From Epiperipatus broadwayi (taxonomy: Eukaryota; Animalia; Onychophora): 64,000 nucleotides of DNA. Shown piece after piece: positions 1 to 14,130 of the stretch. Made by a program: the position numbers and the translations under genes. The notes under the pieces were generated by a model. That model searched no databases and was not told the DNA's origin. It worked only from the letters and a program-made list of their open reading frames with translations. Numbering within the stretch: position 1 is the stretch's first letter; each line of letters starts with the position of its first letter. The stretch lies in the NCBI GenBank assembly GCA_028023455.1, contig JAQFVV010000002.1, positions 32,302,001-32,366,000 of the forward strand, given 5' to 3'.

Positions 1-559
1 CTATCTTTTAAAGATTATACTAAATGTAGAGTCATAGTTTTATTTTTCATTTAATATTATAATTTTAATTTGTTTAATAATCTTTGTAGAATATAAAAAA
101 AAGGTGACAATGTATCACTTTAATTAAAAAAAGTCTAGATACGGAAATAATACTTCCTTACTAATAAAAATAATGAAAACACTGCATGCAATGCAATCCA
201 CTTCATATATAACAGCTGATACTTTCTTAGAAAAGAATATTATTGACAAATTCTAGTTTTATCCAATAAATATTTACTGGGGGAGTGTATATAAGTGAAT
301 ATTTCTTGAGCTGTCTGTGCTTAGACTTGTATTACAATAAAGTTAAAATTATAAATTTATTTAAACGCACATTCATTACGTAAATAATATTCATTAAGGT
401 TGTAGCCTCAATCACATGCGTATAAAATGCGATAGTAGGGACCTCTACAGGTCTTTAAACCACAAGCTTACTCTTGGAAGAAAAGAGGGGAAAGTTAAAA
501 GGTTTTTTATAAAATCAAATTATCACAATCATTCATGTGATTATATTCTATGATAGTAC

Positions 560-1020
560 TTGCAATAAATTTTCCTGGCAATGAAAGACACCCTATTTTG
601 TTGTTGTTATTCTTGACCTAAGTGATAGTATTTTATCTACAATCTTCCAATCCAATTGTCTATCTAACTTACACCATGTGATATATTTTTATCTTGATAA
701 CGTCAGTTCTTTTTTGATTCATAATCCACATATTCTAATTTTTCAATAGTAATCTTGCAATTTCAAATTTTTCTTCCCTGCTAAGAAGACATTGAAAACT
801 AGATGTCAAAATCTTGGCTTATGGTGTACACCCACTATACTAGGAAATATCTTTGGCTTTTCTCAGTAAAATTGAGTGAGTGCTTTCGTACCAGAGATTC
901 ATTTTTCTGCACTATAGTTTTATTCTTTTGGAAGAAAAGTTTGATTGCCTTTTATGATGCAATTTGCAGTAATGATTAGCTGTTTGAACAATTAATTAAC
1001 TGCAACCATCAACATTCTAT
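560..1020 (-). mobile_element. Decayed LINE 3' fragment (RTE-like)
   Basis: Broken minus-strand reading frames resembling the RT C-terminus (LWYES..., W.DK..). Very degenerate. Confidence 0.3.
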
Positions 1021-1472
1021 ATTGTTGCTAGATTGTTATAAATGTAAGAAACAAACAAAGAGAAGAACATGTAGCAAAGGCAGAATTAAGATAATAAACA
1101 TAAATAAACTGTTCAGACATTTAAGAAAATTATTAGAAGAGAGAAATACTATAGATAGATAGAAATATAATCAGTAGATGAAAAAAATTGTTTTAGTTTT
1201 GATAAATCCATATTCACCAAGTGAGAGACCCCATAAAATGTATAATTTTTAAAAAAATAATATTTCATTATTTTTTTAGTATATCGTAAGACCAGATCAT
1301 GTTTGAATAAATGTGCATTTATATTTCATTGTATGAGAATTAAAATTTAATAGATTTGTAATAATTACAATTGTAATGAACTGATTTATTATTTACCTAA
1401 TGTCTCGTAAAGGCTGTTTATTGTTTACTTAACTTTAATGTAATAATCACAATTTTTATTATTATTATATAG

Positions 1473-1606
1473 GGAAGATTTTAATAATGGTAATCATTTT
1501 TCCGATGATATGAAAAATGTTCCTTCCACCTCATCATGTCCTGAGAGAATGCTGAGGTGGCCATTAGAAATTGACACTGAAGATCCACTAGATGCCATCA
1601 TTAACA
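1473..1606 (+). CDS. BIRC6: BIRC6 exon A (poorly conserved linker, EDFNNGNH...DPLDAIIN)
   Basis: tatag acceptor at 1471-1472, stop-free frame, a|gtaagt donor at 1607. The phase-1 end joins exon B in frame (a+ca=Thr). Assigned by phase and context; no homology recognised. Confidence 0.7.
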
Positions 1607-4600
1607 GTAAGTAAAAAATGAACTTCCAATTTATTTTAAAATTATTTAGTATTATATACAAAACAATTGTTTTTATATTTGTGTGTCTTCATTGATGTGT
1701 ATTGAAAATTAAGGCAGGAAATAAACTCTAAACCACTGAAAGTTGCAAAGAACATTTTCATTAATTAATTTAATTGTAAGGTTTAGAATAATAATAGGCT
1801 GATGGAGTCAAAAAAATAAAAGTTTCTGGATCAAATATTATATTCCCTCTTGAGCAAACTAAACACTCGATTCGATAATGTGAGATATAAGTGAAAAGTA
1901 AAAATCGCCTTTGTGAAAAGCTTGGATTATGAAAAGGCCAAGAAGAAATACTTACAATGTAATATATTTCTTCTGTTTTTTTTTTTTTAAGATTTTGAAC
2001 ATATAATGCAAATCAACTAATTTTTGTTTCAACTTAAATTTTTTTTTTTTAATTAAGCAATTATGGACAAAGTTAATGAAGTGCAATTTTTAGTAGACAA
2101 TAGTTAATGATCAGTTTTTAATTCAAAATTTTTTTTGTTCATAACGAATAATATTCAGATCATTACATCATTTCTAAAATTCTTTATCATTTATGAGTGT
2201 TAAATTGTAATTTTTAAAAATTCAGTTTGGATTACATTAGTTATCCAAGAGATAAATTCTTTTTCTCATTGTATCATCATGATCCAGTTTTTTTGATAAC
2301 TTTTATGAAAATGTAGTTTTTCAATTTAATATTTTTTCAGAGTTCTTTAATTATTTGATGTAAAAAGTCTGTAATGGCCACAGTATTTAATGAATACGTT
2401 ATCAGTGAAAATTCTTGAACAAGAATGATACTTATGGATGTGTAGTATATTAACTGAAGATTGGTTGACAGGGAAATTACCTAATGAATAAAGATATATT
2501 TTTGTTTCTGTTGAAATTATGCTGCTTTTTTTTTTTAAATACAGCATCTTAATACAATTTGTTTATTTTGTGAAATTTAAAATTACTCATTTGGTTAATC
2601 AGTTTGGTAATTGGATCTCATTCATTTATTTAATTATGATTATACTATTTATTTTAATATGATATATAAATAAATTAGATAAATATAGTTCTGGACTTCA
2701 TAATAACAGATATTTTTAAGGTGTATTTACTGTTATTTGATCTTTAATAAAATATACATATGTTTGATAAATATGAAAGCAAGTATCCTTATTTATTAAA
2801 TATTCACTTTGCACAGATATTCTAATATTTAGATTTGTGTGAAGCTTACTTGCAATTATTTTATTATTATGTTTGTTCTTATGTTTTTTAATAATTATGT
2901 GTCTAGTTGAAATACATAATTTTTTTAAGAAATCATTAACTTTATTAGCTCTTACTACTTAAAGTTGTCATCTTATCGTTGTTCTATTTGATTGATTGGT
3001 TTCTGGAAAAAGATCAAGTTTGGGATCAATGTGGGTCAAATTCCTACAGCAATAAAGTTAATAATGCTTAATTACTACTTTAACATAATAAAATTGGAAT
3101 TTTTACTTTTATATATTAACAGTAATACATATATGCTGTGTAAGAATATTACTATAATATTATATACATTACTATTTAGTGTAAGTAAAATTGTGGACTT
3201 AATAAACACAAGAATTAAAGTTTTACATTGAAAAAATATTAATGAAATGAATTATGAATTTAAAAAACCAAGTTAGCATTTATTTTTCTTTCTTAAGTAA
3301 TTCATTTAAAAAGAAAAGGCAATTAAATGTTAACTTGTTTTTGTTTTATTCCTATAATTTTGACATTGACAATTTCATCTTTAGGTTTAAAAACAATTAC
3401 TTAGCAAAATATTGAATTTTTTTTTTTAAAAAAAAATTAATTTCTAGATAAGTAACTAGTAATGAAGAGTCGGCAATATTTTTTAGGATTTTCATTTTTG
3501 TAAATTAAAACCCACTTGAATTTTTTTTTATTTTTATGCATCATGCATAAAAAAAATGTTTTTTGAAATATTTATTTCATAGTAATTATTAAAATTTTGT
3601 TTTGGAATTTGATTTCTATACATAATTAGAAGTTTATTTTATCTGTTAAAACTTTGTGGAATTTGTTTTTGCATTATGCTTGAATCATTACAATTTTAAA
3701 TGTAGCTAATTTTTACTGCAAATTTAATGCTAACCACAGGTAGAGAATTGTATTTCAAATGGCAGATCATATCTATATTTTGCTCTCTTTTGTTAACGTA
3801 TAATTTTAAATTTAAACTGTAAATTTGATCCCACTCATCGTATATGTGATCTTTTTTTCTGGAACCAATCAATCAAAAGGGATGAAAACTTTCTGTAGTT
3901 ACAAAATAAATACAAGATAATGATTTTTAAGTATTTTCAAAAGAAAGTAAATGATAATAAACTTTGATAATTTATTTAGAAAATTGTTTGTTTTTTAACT
4001 GGATACATGTTAACACAATGATTGTAAATAAGTTTTCTATAGATCTAATGTTAAAATTTCTATACAAAGTGAAAATTTAATGAATGTGGATACTTGATGA
4101 CATATTTGTTCAAATGTATATTGTATATTTTACTAAAGATCAATTCTATTATTAAGAAGTCCATAACATATGTTTACCTAATTTATTTATTTATCATATC
4201 AAAAAATTAATATAATCTTAATTCAACATGAATGCTTTAAGTTTAAACGGTATTGATTTTAAAATATAACCGCACACAAAAAAAGCAGTATGATATAATT
4301 AATCATATACTTAATATGGTAATATTGAAAATAGCTTTTGTATCTCTATATAATTCACAATTTATTTTTTTAAATTTGCACATTGTAAAATGTTTTTATT
4401 TTGTGTTTGTGGTTCAATGATACCTTTTATCTACAGTTGCTCATTTATGATCTCATATTGATTTCCCCTATAATTAGCTATTTTAACTAATTATGGTATA
4501 ATTTTTTGATTTTTTTTTTTGCTTGTTTTGAATAAATTGAAGTGATGTATTTATTAGGAATTATTTTGATTACTGTATCAGATTTAATGTGTAGCCACTT

Positions 4601-5464
4601 GTCAAGAAAATCTATTTATATGAAAAAGTAATGCTGTTTTCTTTTTTAATTAAACTCATTGCTAGTTTTAATTTTGTGTGTATGTATTAATCACCCCCCC
4701 TCCCACACACACACTTTTTTTTTTAAATAAATGCATATGAATGTACATATTATTACTTATTGTAAGTCCATTTTTAGAAAAGTAAATCAAATGTTGCATA
4801 GCAAAAATTGTATTAGCGTATAATGGCTATTATCTGGAATCAATGTTCTCATGTTCATAGAAGACTCCTGACATCTGTACCTATAATAAATTAAATCTCA
4901 CAATAGAACATCACTCAAGATTATTATATATATTTTCTATGGATTTGTCTATAAGCTGCCCATGAATATATATAAAATACTAAATTTCCGAATTTAATGC
5001 AGACTATCTTATGTCAAGAAAAAGTTAATAGAAGTTTATATCTACTAATTTCTAAAAATGAAAAATTGGTATTAAATCAAAAAAGTGAACTTATACATAT
5101 TATATATAATATTATAACAATAAAAACTTTAAAGCTTTAATTGGATACAACTATTCCAGGACACTATTTTTTTTTAAATGATTATCAGTACTTCATAATT
5201 GTGAACAATACTTGAAATAGTTCTCCTTTTGATATTCATTTATGAAAATCTTAAGATATTTCAACAAATTAAAATTTATGAGACACTGATTACTCTAAAC
5301 TATATTTATTTAAGTCTAGTGCTGAATGAGGAAAAAATATTATTAAACATTCTGGGTTGATAGTAATTATAATTTATCAAAGAGTTATCGATCATTGTTT
5401 ATGTGAAAAAAAATATGCGCATGTAAATATTTAGTGCTAGAGATGATAATATGAAAATTTTATC

Positions 5465-5917
5465 AAAAATAATGAAATCCAATATGCTGTTACTTCATAT
5501 AAATTACAACAACAACAACAAAATCATATAAAACAGCTAATATAAATATATATTAATCATACTTAAAAAGCCTTTTTCGGCACATGGTTTAGTGCCCTTT
5601 TCAAATGTTAAAAATCTATTATAACGTTACTACATATATAATACTATCTAGTGTTCCATAATAGAACAGTAACAAAAATAAAACATTAGTAAAATAAAAT
5701 AAAACTTTCATATATATATATCCAATGTAACTGCAAAAAATTGACTTTATAACATAATTATATACAAAACAAATACATATATTTTACAACTTTATATATC
5801 TTATATAATTTTCCATTCATTTCCAATTAACAACAGTGTGCCGAAAAAGGCTTTTTATATATGATTAATATATATTAATATTAGCTGTTTTATACGATTT
5901 ATTTCTTGTTGTAATTT
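5465..5917 (-). mobile_element. HHR-bearing inverted-repeat insertion (PLE-type), 16-bp TSD
   Basis: Inverted arms about 5494-5584 and 5837-5917. atatgaaaattttatc is repeated at 5449-5464 and 5918-5933. Minus strand reads TTGAAAA-g-GGCAC-taaaccat-GTGCC-GAAA (5604..5575). Confidence 0.7.
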
Positions 5918-6159
5918 ATATGAAAATTTTATCTCATTTTTTTTTCTTAAGGCACTCAGTACATAGTAGTATAATAAGTGCGTATATTTTTATTTAAAAT
6001 ATAATTTCTCTCAATAAGAAAATATTGTTATGCACTCCATATTTTGATCGCCTTTATTTTAAGGTATTAATATTTTTATATTTTATAATTTCGTATATAC
6101 ATTCTCTAATCATTCTAGTAAGCTTATAAATAAATTAAACCGCTATTATATATGTATCG

Positions 6160-9050
6160 CTGAGAATATAATTTATTCAAGAGTGACTGTGAATACATTA
6201 TTATTAATAATACAAAAGTTAGATACCCAAGAATCATTTATTAATAAATGTGCAACAATGCCCACATTTTTATATTAATGCCACAAAAGATAGCCATTTT
6301 TATTTGATCTCCATATTGTTATATAGTAAATAAATCAAATATTGACAAGAAAAAAAACAGACTTCATATTAGTAGTAATTTTTATAATGTTAGTTTGATT
6401 AATCTATTTTGCAGTTTCAAGATAAAATTCTAATATTTTTTGTAAGTCTGTAAATAAATTGTGCCTATTAAATATATAATTGAGAATATAAATTTATTCA
6501 CGGAGCAATTAAATCTGAATATATTACTAAAATAATTCATGAGTCAGACTTCAAAAGAACTATTTTTTTCACAAACTGTTTACAAATAATACCTTCCTAT
6601 CAATTCCAATCTGTTCATGAGACAAAAGATGGACATTTTTATCTGACTCAATTATTGATACTCAAGAATGCTAAAATATTATATTAATACCAATTTTTAT
6701 AATATTAATCTGATTAAGAACAGCTTACAATTTCAAATAATAATCAAGATGAAAGAATCTAATATGGCTACTACATATAAAACAGAATATAAATTTATTC
6801 ATGGAGCAATGAAGTCTGAGTCTCATGCAATAATTTGCAAGTCAGATTTCAAAAGAATTAATTTTTTAATAAACTTTCAAGCAACACACACTTTCTCATA
6901 TCTATGTTGATCTATTGGTTAGACATTGATGCGAGAAAGTGGAAGTTGTTGTCAGATTTGGCAAAAAATAATTCTTTGGGGTTCTGACTTGTAAATTGTT
7001 GTAGTAACAAATTCAGACTACTCTCATACGCTATATATCATTTGAATACATTCACCTTCAACGTATTATTAATATATTTTAAATAAATGTGTATTTGTCA
7101 TTATTAGGTTTTATTATATATTTAATACCCTACTAAAATCATTAAAAATGGAAATTAATGAAATCCATTATGCTGTTCTTTCATATATGTTATGAATGAT
7201 TTTTTTTTATTATTTATTATAACTTAATACATTTTTTGAAAAAGAATTTTATTAGTTTTTAAATTATTATTTACAGTAATAATATTTTTTTCTGAATTAT
7301 ATTCTTCTTTCGTGTTAATCTTAATTTAGTTTTTTTTTTTTCATTTTTTAGCAGATAGAAATCATGATGTATTTTCTCCATTGCCCGAGGTTTGTGTTAG
7401 CGCAATGTGTCTTCTTGGAGCACCCAAAGCAGGCTTTGGTAGTGTTTTCAATTCTTCTAAATCTGGACTTCACATTCCTCTTAGTCTTATTACAGGAATA
7501 TCTGTTCACAAGGCTGTTATGATGTCTAATCATTCAAATAACAGAACAGGTATTTCCAAGATGTTTAGTAAAGAAATACCTTGGCATGGTTCTCTTAGTC
7601 ATCATCCTGTAAATGAAGTGGACAATATGTGTTTGTCATCTAAAATGAACAGTCATACTTTTTTATTAATATATGATATAAGTGTTAATAAGTATATTTA
7701 TACAGATAAAAAATTAACGTCTGAAACACATTCTAAAAAATTTGTAAATGAATCGTTAAGTGGGAGTAAAAAAGATACTTTATATCCAACAGCTGTAGGA
7801 AATAATTTTAATGAATTTTATATTCCTTCAGTTTACGAAGTTTTTGATGACCCTTTAGAACTCCCCATGCCAGTTACATTTCAAAGCTCAACAGGAAAAA
7901 TTAGTGATTCCATAATGGGCAAAGAAACTACAACATTGGAAAACGGAATAACTCCGGAGCCTGTTCCCAAAAATAATCGTGAAACTCCAATTTTATGCCC
8001 TCCTCCTAAAGTAATTGATCCTCAAAATGCTCATTTTATGCAATACATAGAACTTCCACAAGATATTCAGCATTGTAAAATTACGTCTATTACTCCTTCT
8101 GAAGATGGGAAATGTATTCTTTTATCAGCTGAAAGTAGTTCTTTGGATGTAAATATTAATCATATAGAAACCAATGGAATTCAGTCTGGTGATATGAACA
8201 TTATAGACTCTGCAAATGGAGACTTATATTTGAACAAAATTACAAAAGAGGATTTTGTATGGGGGGCATTGCTTCTTTTTCGTGTAAATCATAATTCTGA
8301 TTTAATCACTTTGGAAACTCAGCCTATTCAGAAAACATACATTTACAATAGACTAAAAGTTTTAACTTCAGTGATGATGCTTCCTCTTGATGTAAGAAGT
8401 GTTTCTGAAGATGATGATTATTCTAATCATTTATTTAATTCTGATACCGATGACTGTTCAGTACAAGGATATTTTTGTACAACCACTTTTGATGGAAGTT
8501 TACAAATTTTTGAACTCTCTTCTTTAAGAATACTCACTGAGCATGTAACTTCTCCGTTTTCTCGCTTTGTTTCAGTGTCTTATTGTTCAGGTAAGTTAGA
8601 TTTGCCAAATTATTAGTATTATTTTAGTTTATTTAGAAAAAAATGGGCATTTTTTATCAGTGAAAACATTGTGTTACATATACATAACCTCACACACAGT
8701 ACTTTGTTAATATTAAGATGCATATGTATATATAGTGATTTTAAACGAACAAATAAATAATTGTATAGCTTATTCAATATTTTACACTGAGAATATAAAT
8801 CTATTCATGGTTTGAATATATTACTAAGATAATTCACAATCTAGATTCTTTAAGATTTATTTAAATGAATTTGTAAATAACATCCACCATTTGTTATATC
8901 TTTTATCTGGCAAAATAGATTAATGTTGATATGACAAAAGATGTGCCCTATTTATAAGTTAATTTTAATAATTCTTTGGAAATCTAGCTTCTGAATTATC
9001 TTAACATATTCGGACTTGTTAATTCTATGAATAAGTTCTTATATATATAC
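6160..9050. repeat. Several copies of a decayed MITE-like repeat (near 6160, 6480, 6780-7030 and 8785-9050), flanking exon B
   Basis: The motif gagaatataaatttattca...gaatatattact...ataattc recurs. 8785-9050 has imperfect inverted termini. Confidence 0.35.
7352..8530 (+). CDS. BIRC6: BIRC6 exon B (1179 bp, WD40-like region)
   Basis: Poly-T plus AG acceptor at 7350-7351, g|gtaagt donor at 8531. ORF 7381-8616 has KITSITPSEDG, GALLLFRVN..LITLETQP, GYFCTTTFDGSLQIFELS and FVSVSYCSG, matching BIRC6. Confidence 0.93.
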
Positions 9051-12000
9051 TATAACAATCGGAAAGCAAGTGAAGATCGAATCTAACTGCAATCTGCACT
9101 ACAGGGCGCCATCTAGGCATTTGAGCCTAGAAAAATTTATAAAGTAGGCAGATACGCGCTGATAAGATTCCACTTTATTTAATATTTAGATCGTTAGCCC
9201 AAGTCACTAGCTCAGTGGAGACGCAGAGATAATAATCTATATCTTAATTTATATCTTAAATATAAATAAATAAAAGCTACTGCCAGAAATTAACACATAA
9301 AAATATTTATTTACGCACATATAAAATCATTCTAAATTTGAGGAATAAGTTTAACATTTTAGATTTTTATATTAATCTTTAATTTTACATTTAAATAAAT
9401 TTCAATGAGTTTAATATTTTATTTAGCTGGTCAAGTATGACTAGACTACATAGATCTGCATTTGAAAAGAAAATATTCTATCCCTTATTTAACCTTAGGC
9501 CAAAAACTTTGCAGTCAAACTGGCGTCAATCCATCTGATACATTTATGTATTCAATGTAGCATGAAAATACGACAACACAAAATACTATACTGTCAGGAA
9601 TGTACGTCTGAACAGTAAGTAGAGTTAGAGAAGACATTGTCTCTCCACCAACAGGAATGCTGCATCTGTTGGCGAGTAGAACAATAAACATAAAACTCCA
9701 TAGGAATGGATTGCGGTCCTTTGCCGTCTTACAAACCCATCCATAGGCAAACAGAAGGTGTGTGGCGTATATATGCAATCCTGCCCATAGCGGATCTCAT
9801 ACTACATCTACTAATTACACAAATATATCCAATCCATTGAGCCAATTCAACTACGAAACGAATAACCTAAGATTACCCTCCCTTAAACTATATATAACTT
9901 TACAAATCTATACAGCCATTCACGCCCGACTTAAATTTAACTTTATTATGTTCGCACAGATGAATTTTATAAAATTTGTTTTAAAATGTTGAGTATAGAT
10001 CGGCTGCACAGATTCCACGGTTAAAAACATTCCAAAATAAACATAACCGATCAAAATACAAAGTCATCGATAATGTCAATTGCATAGGGAATACAAAAAA
10101 CCCAATGGTGTTCATCATAAGACACCGCAGTGACATGATGACTTATATATTCCAATCGACTATGAAACAGCAACATAATTAACCGCTAACGAATCTATGC
10201 AACGTCTATACCCAACTTTAAATTTCATGCATTTAAATAATTTATACGATAAGTATTAATACAAATAAAAAAATAATAAAATGGAAATGATTTTTTTTCA
10301 AAGCAAAACATATAAAATTTTAAACATTATCAATTGATTTTAAACTTAAAAGTCAGATAGAAGTTCATAAGCTTGAACGAAAGTTCTTAATTAGTTTTAA
10401 ATTTTAGAGTTCATGTCAATAGCTTACAGTAGAAGAATCACTGCTTTTGATGTAAATTCCCACGGAGTCTTTATTTGAAAACCCGGTCAGATGTTCTGGA
10501 GGTAGTATTAGCTGGTTCAATTCGGTATCACAGTCAGTTCATTTTTAAAATAGAGGGAGAGTGTGTGATATGTGCGTCCTATCACGACCCTCAAAAACAA
10601 GCCGGAAAAAACTGACTGGAACTCAATATTTTTTTTTTTATAGTCCTCCTATGGATTCTATGAACAAAAACGTCACTGTTCCATTTTTTTGTTATGGTCC
10701 GGGCCTTTATTTGCTTCCATTGGTCAAGCTAAAATCTCTTTCTTCTCTTATCTATTTTTCATCTGACTTTTTAATTACACAGCTTTTGGATAATTAATAA
10801 ACAATCATTTCCATTTACAGATTACAGGAATTAATTAATACCTGTTTTTATTTTACTTACGTTATTTCTTTATTAAAATATTTCTATATTTAAATCTTTT
10901 ATTTTTTTATCAAAAAAGTACGTTCAAATACTTTTTTTATTTATATAAAAAAAAAAATTTTTAAAGTTTAGCATCTGTGCGAATATATACGTTTAACAAA
11001 CATTTTAATTTTAGCGTTTAGTTTGTTTTTTTTTTAATAGATTTTATTTTTATTTGCGAACTTTAAGATTTTATTTTAAATTAATGTAACGACATATTTA
11101 TATATCATTACAATATATAAGAATTTTACTTCAGTTGTTATTTAAATCATAGAGCCAAGATGTATTTATGATTTCAAATTATGTAAGTAAAAAAGATAAA
11201 ATCGGTCATAATTAAAGAATTGACAGGGTTTTGCAGCAGAATTTCTATAGAGAAATAGTGAATAAGAAAGTATTAAAACGGCCAGTGGTGAGGATTTATT
11301 CTTTGCATATGTTGCTTTCTTCTTTAGCTAACTACCGTATTTCTCTGAAAATACAACCTAACCAGAAAATAAGCTCTAGGTAAGTTTGTCAGCCAGATGG
11401 ACATAGTGAATGTATAAATAACAATATTACTGCCATTAATGTTTTAAATAAATGATGATATAAATTATAATGGTACTTGTGTATTTTTCTGTTGACTATT
11501 TCTGACAAATATAATTCTACTTGTATAGGGAAACAATTTCCTCTCGGCCAAATCTTAGACTTAAAGTAACCAGTTTATTAACTTTATGAACAATTTAACA
11601 AACTTAAAATTTTATTTACTACAAGTCAGTACATCGGACAATTTATAATTTTATTTATGCAATTTTAGGTATTTATTTTGCCACTAAGCATCACTTGATT
11701 ACCAGTCTTTATGCTTACACAAGTTGTTTACACAGAGACAAAACTCTCAATACAGTAGCACCGCTCAGTCCAAGCCAGAGTAATCAATGGATGCAAGAAG
11801 GTTTGCAGATAAAATCCCTATCTAGGGCCTACTTAGATTTGGAATGCTTGATTTTGTTTTAGAGTTTCGTCATGATAGCTTTTAAATATTTAAGATTTTA
11901 AAAAAATCAGTTTTGTTTCTTAAAGGTTTTTTTCTGCTAAAAGACTAAATAATGGAAGTGATTTTAATAATCAAAGTTTAGTTAAGTTAAATCATCAATC

Positions 12001-12689
12001 TTTCTCCTAAAGAAAAGTTTTAAAAAAGAATACCCAAGTGGGGCAAATGTGTTCTCTTGATGACGTACAGACATAGTTGTGTCTTGAATGAATTTTTGTA
12101 ATTCAATACGCATTGTGTTGTAACAGATTTACTTAATGCACACGTGTGAAATATAAAAACATTTTCTGATTTGTTATGCTTGCATTTTTTTATTGCTTTT
12201 GTGTGCACAAATCATTCTTAACTGTAATCATTTTTGCTATCATTCCTGTCTTATAAGGCTTCAATTAACTTTTAATTTGGTACATTTAAATGGAAAAATA
12301 TTTTGACCCCTTGACAAGATAAATGCAAAAAGAAAAAGCTATTCCAGCAAGTACAAGAAAGGAGTGTGGAGATCTACCAGGGCAAGAATCTTAAAGCTTT
12401 CTGTAAAGAGAAAAAGTATTTGAATAAATGTATATTTTTGTAGTTGAATAAATGTAGATTTTTGTACTTGGAATAAATGTAGATTGTTCATGAGAAAATA
12501 AGACAGCCCTGGAAATAAACCCTATGGTATCTTTTGGAGCAAAAATTAATATAAGACCTATCTTATTTTTGGAGAAACACTGTATAATTACATACTCATT
12601 TACTAAGTGATAACTAGATAGCTAGTTTAATTGATTGGACTGACTCCCATCCTAAGATCGTTTGGAATTTGAAAATTATTTGGCACAAA

Positions 12690-14130
12690 TTATAGTCTCA
12701 TTGAAAGAGAAATGCCGGATATGCAAACTGATTTCAGAAAAGATCAAATTCATAGTTACTAACATTTCTCTGGATAATTGAAATGGATGGAAATTCCTTT
12801 AAAGAAGTCCACTTGTGTTTTATTGATTTTGAGCTTTTGATTCAATTAATCATGCTAAAACATCTTAATATTTTTATATATAATCCCTTCTTGTGAGATT
12901 AGAAATTATAATTAAAATAGATTGATTTCACATTGGCAAAAGAATTGGACAACACTGCACATTGCCACTTTACTATTTAGTCTGATAACTGAATATATAA
13001 AATGTTAGATTGAAAAAACAATCTAGATACGAAGTTAGGAAAGAAATAACAGCTTTAGTCGTAAAAGCATCAAAATATCACGAGATCTAGGTGCAGTGCT
13101 CTCAAATACAAGGCTCCTCACTGATGAAAGCCACAAGCTAGAAACTAGTCTGGGGATGTTTAATGAGTAGACACTAGTTAGGAATTTTATGCACTAATCT
13201 TCCTGCTTCCAATTGATTGCAAAGGCTTGCACTTGGTGACAATACTGTATGGAGAGTTTGGTAGCTTTAATTATATAGGTGGTGTTCTACCTATAATGAA
13301 AGTATGGAAAAGATATGAATTTTTTACGAAACTTAAGATGCAAAGTAAAAAAATTGGAGCCATATATAAATATGAAGATTTAGATTATGACAATAGATAG
13401 TGAATGATTAAAATTGATAGTAAAAACATATAATTCATTGATAGTTTTTACAGTCAAGAGATTCATCCCAAATTGATACTGAAAAAAGTTGCAATGGAAA
13501 AACTAGGAAAGATCATTAGATGTAGGGAAACAGCTTTAGAAATGACGATCAAGATTGATTTTTTTTTTTTTTTTTTTTTTTTATAATGATATGAAAAAAT
13601 AAAAAAAATAAGAAAATTTATTAAATTTTTTTTTATAAAATTTTAATTCATTTTAACCAAATTTTTTTATATTCTTTTATTTATATTTACTTGGAGATCA
13701 TTTTTATTTTTTAAAAACAAAATAAAATTGAATAAAAAAAGAATGAAAAAAGACGAAAAAGAGGGGTGATTTGAAATAAAAAAAAAGGGGTTTTTAAAAA
13801 GTTGTTTGAAAATGGGGAAAAAAATTTTATAAGAGAATTTTAAAAAAAAAAAAAAAAAGAGTGTGTTTGGGAAAATTTATAGAGGTTTTATAGGTAGGGG
13901 GTTTAAAAAAGGTAAAAAAGAAGAAGAAATAGATTTGATTCATATTACATGACTTTTGAGCTCTAGAGTCCATCACTCTTCTACTGTATAAAACCATGCA
14001 GAACTGATTGATAGTGAAAGTGATAGAAACAATATTGGGAATTTAAACTATAATACTGGGGAAGATTGTTAAAAATACCAGGGATAGTAAGGAAAGTGGA
14101 TATTCAATCATATGAGAGAACTTTTGTTTG
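12690..14130 (+). mobile_element. RTE-like LINE RT remnant, interrupted
   Basis: Broken frames give EREMPDMQ.DFRK, KEVHLCFIDF and F.IGKRIGQHCTL..LLFSL, later RLLKIP..VRK. Confidence 0.5.
13115..13156 (+). ncRNA. Minimal type-I hammerhead ribozyme motif
   Basis: tcctca-CTGATGA-aagccacaagcta-GAAA-ctagtc-tgggga. Helix I is 6 bp, helix III is the palindrome ACUAGU, and GUC is the cleavage triplet. The base of helix II is imperfect. Confidence 0.75.

Noticed and set aside
1895-1960. HHR-like gtgaaaa-g-cttgg/ccaag-aa-gaaa
   Set aside because: The 3/8 positions mismatch, extra bases precede GAAA, and there is no helix I or III.
7352-8530. Exon B as an intronless standalone gene (ORF 7381-8616)
   Set aside because: It has no ATG start context, clear splice sites at both ends, and in-frame continuity with neighbouring BIRC6 exons.
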